The position numbers and the translations under genes were made by a program. Of a DNA stretch of 64,000 nt, positions 23,988-37,068 are shown in pieces. Each line of letters begins with the position of its first letter. Within the stretch, counting starts at the first letter, position 1. Source of the DNA: Albugo candida. Taxonomy: Eukaryota. The notes beneath the pieces were generated by a model. That model worked only from the letters and a program-made list of their open reading frames with translations. It did no database searches and had not been told where the DNA came from. The stretch spans positions 1 through 64,000 of the forward strand of contig JBDOQK010000020.1 in the NCBI GenBank assembly GCA_040437565.1. The letters run 5' to 3'.

Positions 23988-26900
23988 ATGGATACGAATG
24001 GACAATGTGATAGCATTGTTCTGGAAGAAGAAATAGATCCCAATTATGAACCTTCCGAGAAAGAAGTTATTGAATATGCAACATGGCTTGGGATGAATTT
24101 AGTAGAAGAAAAGGAGCTTTTCTGGATTGCTAGAGAAGGCCTGAAAGCTCCATTACCTGAAAACTGGAAACCTTGTAAAACTACAGACACTGAAGAGATC
24201 TATTACTTTAATTTTTCTAGTGGGGAAAGCACTTGGGAACATCCGTGCGATGAAGTAAGATAAACTCAGACGATGTTGAGAAGCGCCATGTAGGACTAAT
24301 TCTATCGTGATCGTAGTACTATCGGAATTTGTATCAAGAGCACAAGAAAAAGAGCCTTGGATCTAAAATGCGTGAGGTTCAAAAACTATTGAATTTCTTG
24401 TAACAAATTCGTCGAAAAGTACCTCTCTTCGTTTCATAGGAACCGAATGAACGGAAGAAAAAAGAGCAAGAAGATGTTGCCGAACTGCTCGGAAAAAAAG
24501 GAACCAGCAAAAAGAAGAAAAATCTTCCTCGCAAAGCAGTAGAAGCGGGCCGCCCCTCAAAAAATGAGCTCGGAAGTGTCATCGAAAAGAAGCCTCTCGG
24601 AGGTATAAGTAAGGTAATTCACACGTGTCATTTTGATCTCTTATAAGACTTTCTTTAAGATCGTTTTGTAAGCCTGGAAGTCTGGCGCTGCTGCAGAATG
24701 TCGGCAGTTTACATGTAGACATTTATCATTGTACCGATCTCATTTTTATCCATTTTTTGCTTAGAAACTGAGCAGTGTGAGTTCAGCAGCTGAGCTAACA
24801 AGCAGGAAATTACCGAGCAGCGAACATAATGATGTTAGAGATGAACTTCGCGCTGGTCCTTCGATGAACTTCCAGACACTTTCGAAACCTCCATTGATTT
24901 CGTTGAGCTCTCAGAAGGAATCTGCAAGCAATTATAACGGCAAACCCGGGACAACCACGACAAATACAAAAGAGGATATTGAGAGAAAACGAACAAAGTA
25001 TGAAGAGCAAAAGAGAATTCTGAAAGAAGCACATGAGAAGACTCTTGTAGACATGAATCATTCCCATCAAGAACAGCTTGAAAAATGTAGCATCGGATTT
25101 CGACAGGAGATCAGAATCATGCAGGAAGAGCAAGAGAGGGAATACAAAAGTAGCAAAGCAGAATATGAAAGGAAACGAAACGTGATGGAAAACGAGATGG
25201 ATAGAAATGAAAATGCGCTTTCACTTGAAAGAAAAGAAAAGATAAAACGTATAGAAACAGAAACTCAGTTTGTGACATCAGTCAAGAAAAATGAATTGCA
25301 GAAGACTATTGAAAAACTCGAAAGAGAGCAGAAAACGTTTCTGACAAATTTACAAGAAAAGTTTGAGAAGGAGAGATGTGACTGTATAAGTGACATACAG
25401 CGGAAACGTCAAGAGCTCACGAATGAGCTCGAGGACACAAAAGATACCCAAACTTTGCGGGAAGAAAATGAAGCTTTGCGACGGGATTTAGGATTTCTCG
25501 GAGAAGAAATAGGCGCATTGAAAGATGAACGTGAGACTTTGCTTGCAGAAATGAAGAAGCTTCAAGACAGTACTTCTCAGAAAGAGTATCAAGCACAAGA
25601 ACGGAGTCCTTCTACCTTCGATAAACACACCTGCACCAATTGTGAAAATTCGACTCGGATGTGCCAAGAATGGCAAGCTAAATACAATGATTCGATAGAA
25701 ACGATCGATAAGCTTAGGGATCAGATATCCGCCTTACAGAGACATTTGACCGCAGCAAACGAGCAGATAAGTGCAGCCGATGCAAACGTCTCGGAAGGCG
25801 GCATATCAATTGTAGAAGAATCCAAAAATTTGCAGCAAATCCCCAGTGACTGGAGTATACAGTTGGCGAGTTTACAAGAACAGCTCGAGAGAAAAGAACG
25901 AGCGCTAGAGGAGGAGATAAAGAAGAACAAAAAATATGGAAACAATGACCAACTTGAAATAGTGGCGAGTAAGCGATTGCTAGATGCGCAAAACAAAATC
26001 ACTATGCTAAGCGATCAAGTGGAAGGTGCAAGCAAATGGAAGGAAGAAACGGAGAAAAAAATGAACGAGATCAATGATGAAAGAAGACAATCAGAGATGC
26101 AACAAGATCATGAGATGAGAAAAGCCCAACAGAGAATTGAGTGCCTTACAGATCAGCTCTCTGTCGAGCGCGAAGCGCGGAAAAATGCTGATAGCTCGAT
26201 CTCCGAACTGAATACAGAGATCGGTAGTTTCAAAGCATCAACGATAAAAGCTAAAGAGGATGTTGATGCACAGAAAAGACTGATTGAGGATCTAGAAAGA
26301 GAACGAAATCTTTTATTGCAGAGGTTGGGTTCACAAAATCGATGTACTGGAGAGGATACCGAAGCGACAGAAAGCTTGTTCTCAGTAGTAGAGAAACAGA
26401 AGGGGCAAGTGGATCGTCTAGAGGCGCTGATAAAATCACATAACGAAGAAAAGAATGACTTGATCAAGCAGATAGAAGCTTTGAATGGAGAAGTTGACCA
26501 AGTTACAATTCGGCTCCGAGAAGCGGAAGCCGATAAAGACCGTGAAATACTTAGAGGAAAACAAAAAGAAGCTGAGTTGGAGAATTTACACGCACGGCTT
26601 CAGGTTACAGAATCTGAGATTATTGATGTACGAAAAGACTTGCAAAAATCCATGATCGATTCCATAGAATACAAAGCACAATTAAATCGATTAGGTAATT
26701 CGGAACGAATGCTTCAGGAAAAGCTTGCATTTATGAGCCAAAATCACGAAGATTGGGAAGAACAGAAACGATCTTTAGAGCATGAGTTAGGCTCAAGTCG
26801 TAAAGAACTACGAGCAAAATGCATTCTTCTCGATGACCAACAAAATCGCTTCAATGAATTGTGCAACGAGAAAGAGATGCTTCAACAACAACTGGATGAG

Positions 26901-29900
26901 GTGAGTTCTCGGTCGGGTAAAACAAGGAATACAACAATGACGATATTGGATGGTGAAAAATGGAGTGCTGAAGAGATAGAAAGAGCCAGATTATTGCAGT
27001 CTCAACTTGCTGACTCGGAGATGCGAATCAACCTTTTGGAACAAGATAGAGCAAATCGGGCTGAGAAACAAAGGGAATTGACTCAGAAGTATTTTGAGGC
27101 AGAGAATAAAGTGAGAGACTTGGAGGACGATAAACAGAATTTACATTCCGATTCGCACAAGCTGAAGTTGGAAGTTGCAAAATGGAAAGATAAAGCCGAA
27201 CAAGCAGATAAAGAATGTGCTGCGCTGAATGCAAAGCTGATGGAGTTGCAACTTGAGAAAGAGACATTAGAATTCACTTCACAGAACCTGTTAGAAACTG
27301 AAAGGAGAAACCTTAAGGTCTCCACAACTTTGCAAAACACCATAGAAACACTGGAAAAGCAGCTACAAGATCTCATACAGCAGCTGTTTGATGAAAAAAC
27401 TGCTGGACGATCAACTGCAGTGGAGTTACATGGGTCTAATAACCGATGTAAACGGCTAGAGAATGAATTGCTACACTCACAAGAACGCAACAAACAGCTT
27501 GAACATGAGCGAAATGATTTTGAAAGTAAATATAAAGCCCAAGAAAAGGAGAACCGCGTGTTGGAGAATCATACAAGAAGTATGCAATCAGACGCACACG
27601 ATTGCGAATCAAAGATCAAACTACTTGAAGACACTTCGGCAGCCTCAATGGAGAAAGTTAAATTGCTCGAAGCTGAAGTACTCGAGCAGCAGACAAAGTG
27701 TAAGAAGGAACGGGAAGATAAAGAATGCGCAATTCGAAAAATAGAAACTGAGAAAATGGAGCTTGAAGAGGTAGTGATATCTTGCAAGCGTCGAGCTGAA
27801 CTATCAGAGTCCAGGGCTAATGAGGTTGATTCAGCGGTCTTACGTGCAGACTTTCAATCGACTATGAAGCTACAACAGCTTCAAAATGCACTAGAAGCTT
27901 CAAATTTCGCTCGAACATCTTTAGAAAACAAGAATCGAGTATTGGCAACGGATTTAGTATCCTACAAAGAATCAGTCAAGTCTGCCAGTGTAGAGATCGC
28001 ACAAACCAAAGAAAAATTGGATTCGGTAACAAAGGAGAACAGAGAGCTGCAAGAAACGTTGTTGATGATCAATACCATGAAAACGCAATCAGAGGCGTCA
28101 GTTTTGCGAACTTTCGATGAAATTCAGTTGCAACATTTGTCGACAAATCAGGACGTCACTCTAGTCAAGTCACATCTCGCTGACGTGAATACATCCGAGC
28201 TTGAGTCCCATCTGGCGGATGTTACAACCAAGCTCGAAAATGCTAATAGGCGAGCAGCAGTAATGGAAGATCGCTGCAAGCATCAGACCATAACGATCGA
28301 ATCATTGCATGTTGAGATATCATCTTTACGCTCCAGTCTACAGAAGCTTCATTTGTCGGCTATGGAAGCATTACCGTCAATAGAACGGATGGAGTATGAG
28401 CATAAAAAACGACTTTTAAGGATGGAATATCAAACCCAACTTGGTGCATTTCAAGAACGAGAAGAACAAGCTTTCATCAGAAACAAAGCTCGGTCACGAG
28501 CTAAGTATGAAAAAGAATTGGATGAACTGATCGCTGACTTAGAGAGACAAAAGGAACAACGGATGCAGCATGAACAAGACCTGTGCATGCAATTAATTCA
28601 GCAATTACGAGAACAACACAACATCCGTCTGAAAGAAATCAAACGACAATGGAAAAATGAGTCTCGAGCTTTGGAAAATGAAAGGAAAATCAAAGACAGA
28701 GAACACGTGGATAAAATCTCTCGACAACTTCGACAAGAAAACGATGAAGCGAGTTCTTCTATTCGAGAACAAAAGCGGCACCTGAGAGAGCAAATGCTGG
28801 ATCAACAAGAAAATGCAATTGAAGGCGACCATTTGACTGACTTTTTCCGCTCAGCTCCAGCTGAAAAGCATTCACTGTCACTCCAGCCGGATAAAATGGC
28901 TGCTACATCTCGCAGAGGAAATAAGTATCAAAATGTCAGTCGAAAGTGGCAAAGACGTATCAAAGTAGAGCGCGCTCTTATCCAAAGAGCTTCAAAGATT
29001 GCATCCAGAGAGCGGGATAATCTGAGTCACCAACACGAAAATTTAAGGAATGAGAAGAAGAAATGGCGTCAGGATGCTGCCTCATGCCATAGTGCACACG
29101 ACCGATTAATGTTACAGGAGATGAAGAATATTATTGATCAGGTACAAAGAAGAATATATCTCACATCCCATTTCTTTTATATACCGCTCTTTCTAGAATG
29201 CATTGAATTATAATATGAGCATCAGACGCCTTCGAGATATGGAAAATCGTATCCATCATCGTCAACAATGTGTCCGCCAAATGGAGAAAACAGGTCTGAT
29301 CGTAATTCCCTCTTCTATTACATTTCAAAACCAAATTTTATTCTGTTAGTTGAACGGCTTGCAAACACTTGGAGTACAAAGCACGATAGAGTTCCGAAAG
29401 TCCCGGTTTTGAAGACATTTAGTGAGACGGAAGAAGATGTAGAATGTGACATGTATGAAGAATCTATACCATCAGATGAGGATGCTTACCATTCAGATAG
29501 CTCTGACTTGGAAACGAATCAAAATGATTCGACAGTGAGTGCAATAATTCGAAAACTAGAGCGTATTGACGAGAAATTGCTTGCCGGAGATAAGAAAACT
29601 CCACAAGCTTCTTTTTTTTCCTCGACAATTGGCAACCAGCTACATCTGTCGAATTCGCTCGATGCCCACCGGATGCCACTGTCTCGTGAAGGAAACTCTG
29701 TCTCATCAGGAGCATTACCAAGATCGATGAACGGGCTGCCAAGACAAGATAATCCAAGCTGGGCGATTGCTCCACAAGGTAATTGGAACTGCGCGAGATA
29801 TCCAGTGTTCGCACAACCTGCTTGGAACCAAATGCACGCCACATCGTTTCCTTTTTGCCCAAACTCATCAAATGAACGATTCTCAGGTTTGACTTCTTAC

Positions 29901-30065
29901 CATCGACAGATCAACAACTGGGCCCAAGGACGCCAAAAGGTTCAGCGTGCGGCCAAAAAACAAGCGGCATGGCTTTCGAATTTGTCAAAAGAAATACAAG
30001 AGTATAAAACCAACACAAATCTCAGAAATTTTGAGAAAAATACGCTGCTGGACGAATCAATTTGA
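23988..30065 (+). CDS. CEP164: CEP164-like centriole distal appendage protein (N-terminal WW domain + long coiled coil), multi-exon
   Basis: LEEEIDPNYEPSEKEVIEYATWLGMNLVEEKELFWIAREGLKAPLPENWKPCKTTDTEEIYYFNFSSGESTWEHPCDE is the CEP164 N-terminal/WW signature. It is followed via short introns by a ~1,450-aa coiled-coil exon. Confidence 0.85.
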
Positions 30066-30085
30066 GCAAAATATTCACAATATAC

Positions 30086-31039
30086 TTAGCTTTCTAAAGC
30101 TTTACCAACAGCGGAATCAGATTTGGATCGAGAATGTTGCTGATGACAAACGAAACCAACACGTGGTGTTGGGTATGCTGGCTGCATAAGCTCAGATATA
30201 TCCATTTCTTTTCCTCCTAGCTGAATCACTTGTTGCGATACCTCTAGTATCGTTTCTCGAATTTTCGCTTTGAAAGCAATAAAATATTTCTTATCGGATA
30301 GTCCGTGTTGATACTTGAGTCGTTTGTATACCTCCCAAGGCACATCTTGACTTTCGATATCTTCTGGTTCTGTGCTTTCATACTGTAGCCTCAAACTTTT
30401 TTGCTGGTAATCTTCGGCGAGAACAGATTCATTGCGACTACAAAAAGCTTAAGGATCTTGTCATACATCACAGCAGACAATAATTACGCGCTATAAACCA
30501 TCGCAAGGCTATTAAACGTTTCCGCAACTTTACTTCCTTTTTCTCCGTAATGATTGATACGAGATTCCAGAGCACGTGTTAGGTGTTGCAAGGCGATGTC
30601 AAGGACTCCATGAAGGCGATATGTAGTGCCCAAATCTTGCAATGTTTGTCCGACTAATTCTTCTGCAAGTATTCCTTAGGAAATCATGCATTTATATTGG
30701 ATTCAGTAACTGACCAGGACCAAATTTCTCATGGATCACGAGACGTCGGTGCAGAAGCGCAAGAGCTTTTTCATAGGCGCCAGTCATGTTGTACAGAAGC
30801 GCTAATTGCCCCAAATTGTCGGAGACATTCCATTCAACTAATGCAGGAGACAGTATGATGCAAATGACATAAAACACAATTAAGTAGACAGACATTCGCC
30901 ATACTGAAGTTCTTGCTTATGCAGCAGCTTTTCTTGGTGTGCAATTGCCTGGAAAAAATTGTTAGCAAATACTGCATTAGAGATTACAAACAATAGCTAC
31001 CGCTAGCACTAAATCTTTTTTGACATTGGGCGGAGTCAT
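30086..31039 (-). CDS. Small TPR-repeat protein, multi-exon
   Basis: Spliced reading MTPPNVKKDLVLA|AIAHQEKLLHKQELQYGEFEWNVSDNLGQLALLYNMTGAYEKALALLHRRLVIHEKFGP...GQTLQDLGTTYRLHGVLDIALQHLTRALESRINHYGEKGSKVAETFNSLAMVYS; kinesin-light-chain-like TPRs. Confidence 0.75.
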
Positions 31040-31111
31040 TTTCGTCGCTTTGGATTGGATAGTAGAGAACCCGCTTTTACATGGAGACAAATCGAAACGC
31101 ACAAACAGTTT

Positions 31112-32113
31112 TTATTCTGTTTTCCAATCGTATATTTCTTGGCAGCTTTTCCAGAGTTGATCACGTTCTTGTTCGGTACAGGAAGTGAACGCTAAGGGAA
31201 AATCTGTTTCGATAGGATTTCGGTCCAGCCAAAAAGTTCCATTTTCATGCGCTTTAGGCTCATCAGAAATTGCAAGCCAAACCGCGGTATCGGCGCCTTG
31301 CTTTTGGTCCCGCATCATATTTCTGTGCCATTTCTCGAATGAAGGTAAGGATGAAGTAACACCGGGAGTTTTTGCCCATCCAGGATGCATCGAGTAAAAC
31401 ATAACTCCTGTGTGTCCAGCGATATCTACCCATTTTCGCGTGAGTTCGACTTGAGCGCGTTTCGCAAGGGAGTACGCGATATTCCCATCATACTCTGATC
31501 CAGTTCTTGTGGTCCCTTTAATATCTGTAGAGTCAAGTTTCACCAGATACTGCCCACCTGATGAGATATTCACAACACGACCATTTGGAGCTTCTTTTAA
31601 AAGTGGTAACATCAATGCGGTTAACAGAAAGGATCCTCCTAACGCCACTGCCATCGTTTTTTCGATTCCGTCCGCTGTTCGATTCTCCTTCTGAAATAGA
31701 GCACCAGCATTATTGATTAGACCGTCGAGCTTTAAGTGCTTTGTAGCAAAGGATGCTGCAAATGAACGTATGCTCTCTGTATCACTCATATCTGCAATAT
31801 GGATCTCCACTGATGGCTCAAATTCTTCCGATTTAATATCATCGATTAATTCTTTTCTCGCTTTCTGTGCACGCTGAGGATCACGACATAGCATATGCAC
31901 AGTAGCCATTCGCTTTGTTAATTCGAACGCAATGGCAAACCCAATTCCAGAGTTTGCACCTGTGACAATATAATGTCTCCCGCGGAGATCATTCTTTGTC
32001 GCGATATTAGGATCTTTCCATTGACGTCTCGAGCGCTCATATCCACCAGACCCATACTTTCGGAGTCCCTCAATGTACCATTGTGATGCAGCGATTCCAC
32101 CAAATCGAACCAT
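31112..32113 (-). CDS. Short-chain dehydrogenase/reductase, DHRS12-like
   Basis: IVTGANSGIG, LINNAG, VVNISSGG, YSLAK catalytic YxxxK and SMHPGWAKTPGV. Confidence 0.92.
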   Translation of the reverse strand: MVRFGGIAASQWYIEGLRKYGSGGYERSRRQWKDPNIATKNDLRGRHYIVTGANSGIGFAIAFELTKRMATVHMLCRDPQRAQKARKELIDDIKSEEFEPSVEIHIADMSDTESIRSFAASFATKHLKLDGLINNAGALFQKENRTADGIEKTMAVALGGSFLLTALMLPLLKEAPNGRVVNISSGGQYLVKLDSTDIKGTTRTGSEYDGNIAYSLAKRAQVELTRKWVDIAGHTGVMFYSMHPGWAKTPGVTSSLPSFEKWHRNMMRDQKQGADTAVWLAISDEPKAHENGTFWLDRNPIETDFPLAFTSCTEQERDQLWKSCQEIYDWKTE

Positions 32114-32290
32114 TGTTCTCTCACAATCAGCCTCGCGTCCAATTGGCTATTTATTGTAATAGAAATACTGCAACAATTCTACGCGGTGCCCCCTTACAAT
32201 CGAGTGTACATTGGTTTCATCGTCGTTATATTCTCAGATTCTGCCATTCGTCTCGGGCGCTATATAGTATTCCTATAGCATACACGTACT

Positions 32291-32856
32291 ATGGCTAAAC
32301 CAAACTCCGAAGTGATCGGTGCGTATTGTTATCGTACTTGTTCTTGGTCAAAGTCTTAATGGATAAACGTATACTTTATTGTCAAGTTCCTCGGAATTTT
32401 AAACTTTTAGAGGAATTAGAGAGCAGTGAAAAAGGAAGAGGAGATATGAGTATTTCGTATGGTTTGGAGCATGCGGATGACATTTTCTTAACGAATTGGA
32501 TTGGCACGATACTTGGACCGGCTGGGGTACGTGCGGGTAGCGCTAGCATTTTTCTGCAATGTGATTTATAATTCAAGAAAATGCTGTAGACATGTCATGA
32601 TGGTCGTCTGTACAGCCTCAGGATTCACTGCAGCGAGCATTATCCACAAATACCACCGGATGTGTCATTCACCAGCCGCATTAATATGAGCTGTGTGGAC
32701 GCTCAGTCGGGTCGAGTGGATCCTAGACGAGTTGCAGTACTCGCTAATTGGAATAGATGCAGTGGTATTGAGCAAGTTCTTGTCGCACTGAGGTCGGAAA
32801 TGGGATCCGCAATGAACAAGAGACTTCCACAACCACCTGAAGGTTCATCATTTTAG
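32291..32856 (+). CDS. UEV1: Ubiquitin-conjugating enzyme E2 variant (UEV1/MMS2), 3 exons
   Basis: [26 protein letters not shown]...[61 protein letters not shown]...[10 protein letters not shown]. Confidence 0.93.
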
Positions 32857-32948
32857 AACTCTTGAGTTGAATACAAAGTTATCTTTTCACTAGATTTGTT
32901 TTCGTCCAAGCAACTTCAAGACGGCCTCATATTCCTTATACTGACCAA

Positions 32949-35123
32949 TTACGTCTTGGATACGGCTGCAGTGCCCCAAGTGCTGCAATACGAGCATTGG
33001 TTCAAACTTACCGCTTGACTAATCACATTTTCTAATCTAGTATCTCGTCGCCTTTCAGCAAATCGGTAAGGAAGTTTGCCAATTGATGCGCTGTACTGCA
33101 GCAAGAGACGCGTGATTCTATAGTTCCCGGTCAACAAAGCCGCATCCAATGGATAAATACCATTATCTTTTGGTAAGTGAACGTTTGCTCCAGCACGTAA
33201 AAGGGATACAACGATACTTGTATGTCCTTTTTGACACGCTTTGAAAAGAGCTGTCGTACCGTGAATTGTTTGTTTATCCAGCATCGCTCCATGCGTGATT
33301 AGCAATGACACCATATTTTCATGACCTTCTTCTGAGGCAATATATAGCGAAGTCAAGCCTGAACATGTACATGCATTGATATCGGCACCTTCACGCAATA
33401 GAATTTCTACTACTTGTAAATGTCCCATTCGTGTGGCGATATGAAGTGCTGTCGAAAGATCGTCCATTTTTGCATGAATATCGACACTGTATTGAATGAG
33501 ACACTTGATAACTTGACTTTTGCCTTCTTGTGCTGCGATATAGAGACAACTGACTCCTTTGTTGGGTCGTTTGAAGTTGGGATTTGCACCGCGTTGGAGA
33601 AGTTCAGTGACGACGAGATCATGACCCATCTGGCAAGCAAGGTATAGCAAAGACACTTTGCCATTTAGTAAGACCTCAACATCCAATCCTGTCAGATTGA
33701 GAATATCTGCAACAATGGACGTGTGGCCCCGCTCACAAGCGAGAAAGAGAGCTTGGATATATTGTATGCGTTGATACTTATTATTTCGGATTATTTGCTT
33801 TAGCGCGGGTTTTGTGTGTAGATATCGCAATACCATCGAGCGATTACTATTTCTTGCAGCAACAGCCAAAGCAGTTGCACCAAGCTCGATAGGCACATCT
33901 GGGTCAGCCCCATGTTCCAATAGAAACTCAACCATATCATTCCGGTCCATTTCTGTTGCCAAGTAAAGCGGAGTGACCTGATGATTTGTACGTCGATTTA
34001 CATCAGCACCAGCTTCCACCAGGGGATAAAAAACTTGGTTTTGCTCCTTCGCGATAGAAATACACAATGGAGTTCCACCGTCCAGCTGTGTCACTTCGGT
34101 GTCCGCTTCTCCGAGTGACAATAACGAAAGAACGATCTTCTGTAAACCTTTGCCACAGGAAAATAAGAGGGCGGAATTGAACCCAAAACGCTGCGAAGGG
34201 ATATCTATGAGTGCTTTTTTTCCTGAACGAAGAAGTGTAATTTGAAATACTGTCAAATTTCCTCCCCGCTTTTCTATCAAAGACTCGACTCGATCTTTGT
34301 ATTCAGATATGAGAGCGTTGAAATGTGCCATATCGTCAACCTGATTCAAAACGATAAATTCAAAATCGTCCAATATGTCTTGCAAGCCAAATTCAATAAA
34401 AAGTTGTAAATGTGCTGGAGTATGAATCCCGTTTATGCTTTCGAGAGCAGGAAAATAATCCTCTAATCCATTCACGAAGCCATATTCAGCGCGTGTATCG
34501 TACAAATCGATTGATTTCAAACAAGGATGGCAGCCAGACACTCGATAATGCGCCATGTTGCCTGTTATTCGCTTGCAATGTCTAAAGGATAGCGATCTGA
34601 GCGAATGCGATTGTGCGTTCATAATGGAAAAAAATCCGAAATCTGTGAGTTCCAGACAATCATCGACGATCAGTTTCTCTAAATGTATCCAAAATTTGGT
34701 GACAACCATTAACAAGTCTTTATCTGTCAACGATCGCTGTCCCGAGAAATCTAATTCTCGAATACTTGAGTAATTGTAGCATATTGTTGAGCATAGTACT
34801 TGATCGATGTTCCGTTTGGTTATAGAAGAACAAATGGACATGTCGAGTCGATCAAGACATAAAGTTTCGATTTTAAATTTCCAATACAAACAGCATCTTT
34901 TTGCTACCTGATGATCACGAATATTGAGAAAGCTGAAAACACGGTCCGTCAAATTTTCATCACTTAGTTGGAAATGCAGCAACGACTGCATCTGCTTGCT
35001 GTTACTATCAGCTTTATTAATTGCTTTGTAAGAATTTGTATTTCTTTTATGTCGCATTTGTCGGATAAAAACCAAATTTTCTCGCATACCGAAATAAAGC
35101 ATCTCATCAAATGACCGCTTCAT
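32949..35123 (-). CDS. F-box-like + LRR + ankyrin-repeat protein (724 aa)
   Basis: F-box-like LSDENLTDRVFSFLNIRDHQVAKRCCLYWK; FBXL-type LRRs (ELDFSGQRSLTDKDL, KLIVDDCLELTDFGF, SLSFRHCKRITG); about 10 ankyrin repeats (TPLYLATEMDRNDMVEFLLEHGAD, TALHIATRMGHLQVVEILLREGADIN). Confidence 0.88.
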   Translation of the reverse strand: MKRSFDEMLYFGMRENLVFIRQMRHKRNTNSYKAINKADSNSKQMQSLLHFQLSDENLTDRVFSFLNIRDHQVAKRCCLYWKFKIETLCLDRLDMSICSSITKRNIDQVLCSTICYNYSSIRELDFSGQRSLTDKDLLMVVTKFWIHLEKLIVDDCLELTDFGFFSIMNAQSHSLRSLSFRHCKRITGNMAHYRVSGCHPCLKSIDLYDTRAEYGFVNGLEDYFPALESINGIHTPAHLQLFIEFGLQDILDDFEFIVLNQVDDMAHFNALISEYKDRVESLIEKRGGNLTVFQITLLRSGKKALIDIPSQRFGFNSALLFSCGKGLQKIVLSLLSLGEADTEVTQLDGGTPLCISIAKEQNQVFYPLVEAGADVNRRTNHQVTPLYLATEMDRNDMVEFLLEHGADPDVPIELGATALAVAARNSNRSMVLRYLHTKPALKQIIRNNKYQRIQYIQALFLACERGHTSIVADILNLTGLDVEVLLNGKVSLLYLACQMGHDLVVTELLQRGANPNFKRPNKGVSCLYIAAQEGKSQVIKCLIQYSVDIHAKMDDLSTALHIATRMGHLQVVEILLREGADINACTCSGLTSLYIASEEGHENMVSLLITHGAMLDKQTIHGTTALFKACQKGHTSIVVSLLRAGANVHLPKDNGIYPLDAALLTGNYRITRLLLQYSASIGKLPYRFAERRRDTRLENVISQAVSLNQCSYCSTWGTAAVSKT

Positions 35124-37068
35124 TATTTACCAATTCCCTCCGAGCACAAAGTATGTGATTTGATTGTGCTGCAATAAGACCACCGAATCTTTGTGCTCGT
35201 GTTCAGCAATGAAAGTGTAGAAAAGACAAAGATCGACAACTTTGTAGGAAGACCATGTCATCACAAAATGTTTATCTAAATAGATTTTGACCAAAATAAA
35301 CCTCTCTTTTGTATTGATGTTTGTATGAAAGATTGGTCTCTAGCGAGGTTTTTGTGATACTCGTTGATAAGATCTGATGATCTGAGCGAAAAAGAATAGG
35401 AACCAAAGACGAAAACCTATCGATCACAAAAGCCTTTTCTTTTCAATGTGAGGAGGTAAGCAATAGCAGCTGCTTTTGCGTCCATAAGTATGTATATAGC
35501 AGCTGCGGAGCCTTTTATAGCAATTTTTATGATGAAGTCGTCTTACACCAATCGAGTTTTGATGTGATCACCGTGTGGTGGAAAGTGATCGATTTAGATA
35601 CGGTGATCACACCCTTGTGTCTCACATGCTACTTCTAAATGCGTGATCGAGAAAGACCCGCTTCTTTTTTGTCGCAATCTTATAACTTACGCTGTAAGCT
35701 GCGTAAATACTTCTTTTTCAGCTTTGTTCTAGAGTAAATTGTCACATCCTGTCAAAAGTAGTCCATTGTCAGCGCTCTGACTGTCAGCGCTTTGACATAT
35801 GGTGCAAGCAAGACCAGTAAACGTGCAGCATGCAAAAGCGGTTCATTTAATGGCTACACAAGCCTGACTACATTTTTTGTGTATTTGCATAAGAAAGGCA
35901 GTCACTCGACTTGGAGCTGTATTCAAAAGTGCTGCTTCCAGGTAATGCCAATGAAAGTTAATNNNNNNNNNNNNNNNNNNNNNNNNNNNNNNNNNNNNNN
36001 NNNNNNNNNNNNNNNNNNNNNNNNNNNNNNNNNNNNNNNNNNNNNNNNNNNNNNNNNNNNNNATGTGATCACCGTGTGGTGGAAAGTGATCGATTTAGAT
36101 ACGGTGATCACACCCTTGTGTCTCACATGCTACTTCTAAATGCGTGATCGAGAAAGACCCGCTTCTTTTTTGTCGCAATCTTATAACTTACGCTGTAAGC
36201 TGCGTAAATACTTCTTTTTCAGCTTTGTTCTAGAGTAAATTGTCACATCCTGTCAAAAGTAGTCCATTGTCAGCGCTCTGACTGTCAGCGCTTTGACATA
36301 TGGTGCAAGCAAGACCAGTAAACGTGCAGCATGCAAAAGCGGTTCATTTAATGGCTACACAAGCCTGACTACATTTTTTGTGTATTTGCATAAGAAAGGC
36401 AGTCACTCGACTTGGAGCTGTATTCAAAAGTGCTGCTTCCAGGTAATGCCAATGAAAGTTAATGAATTTCGACATTGGTACAATACCTAATGCTGTCTTG
36501 TGCGTGCCGATGTTCATGAGGTAATCTTAACAAGTTCACGCGATGAGCCTTCATACAACGAGTATATAGCTTTTAGTCATTGTCATCCTCGCTTCTATAG
36601 CCTCAATTCGTGTCAAGTCATCGCCTTGGACAGAACATGAGAAATGCGTTGTAAACACGGCCGAGTTAGAGCATTGACCTATTCAAGTGCAGTCATACTT
36701 TGGGCTTGCTCCTCCACTTATCATATGTGCGTAATAGTCGGGACGCTTGTAATGGACAAATCTAGATTACATAAACATAAGCTTTTTCTCTCACTTCACA
36801 TATTGCTGTCTGTTGCAAAAAATGATCGTTGGATAAACTCTTACAATATACAGAGTCGACTAACGATTATGTTTTATAGGCACAAAGACAGCCACAAGCA
36901 GCGAAATAAATGATTTATTCATACAATTCGCATATTGATGTCTCACGTTTGGACTCTTTGGTTGTTTTGTACAAACTCTCAAGTTGTGTGCTCTTTGTGA
37001 GTAAGGAGCACACGTGAAGAGAACGATGTAGATCGACTATCATCTCATATCAATCCAAGTGTAGCTCG

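Noticed and set aside
24810-28832. Many antisense ORFs within the CEP164-like coiled coil, and likewise within PABP
   Set aside because: Shadow ORFs caused by the biased codon composition of the real gene.
35529-35781. C-box-like ATGATGA with a downstream CTGA (possible C/D snoRNA)
   Set aside because: Spacing of ~250 nt, no terminal stem and no recognisable rRNA guide.
35562-36463. Apparent 400-bp direct repeat
   Set aside because: Flanks an N-gap; assembly overlap. The same applies to the gaps at 2114, 10094 and 17323.
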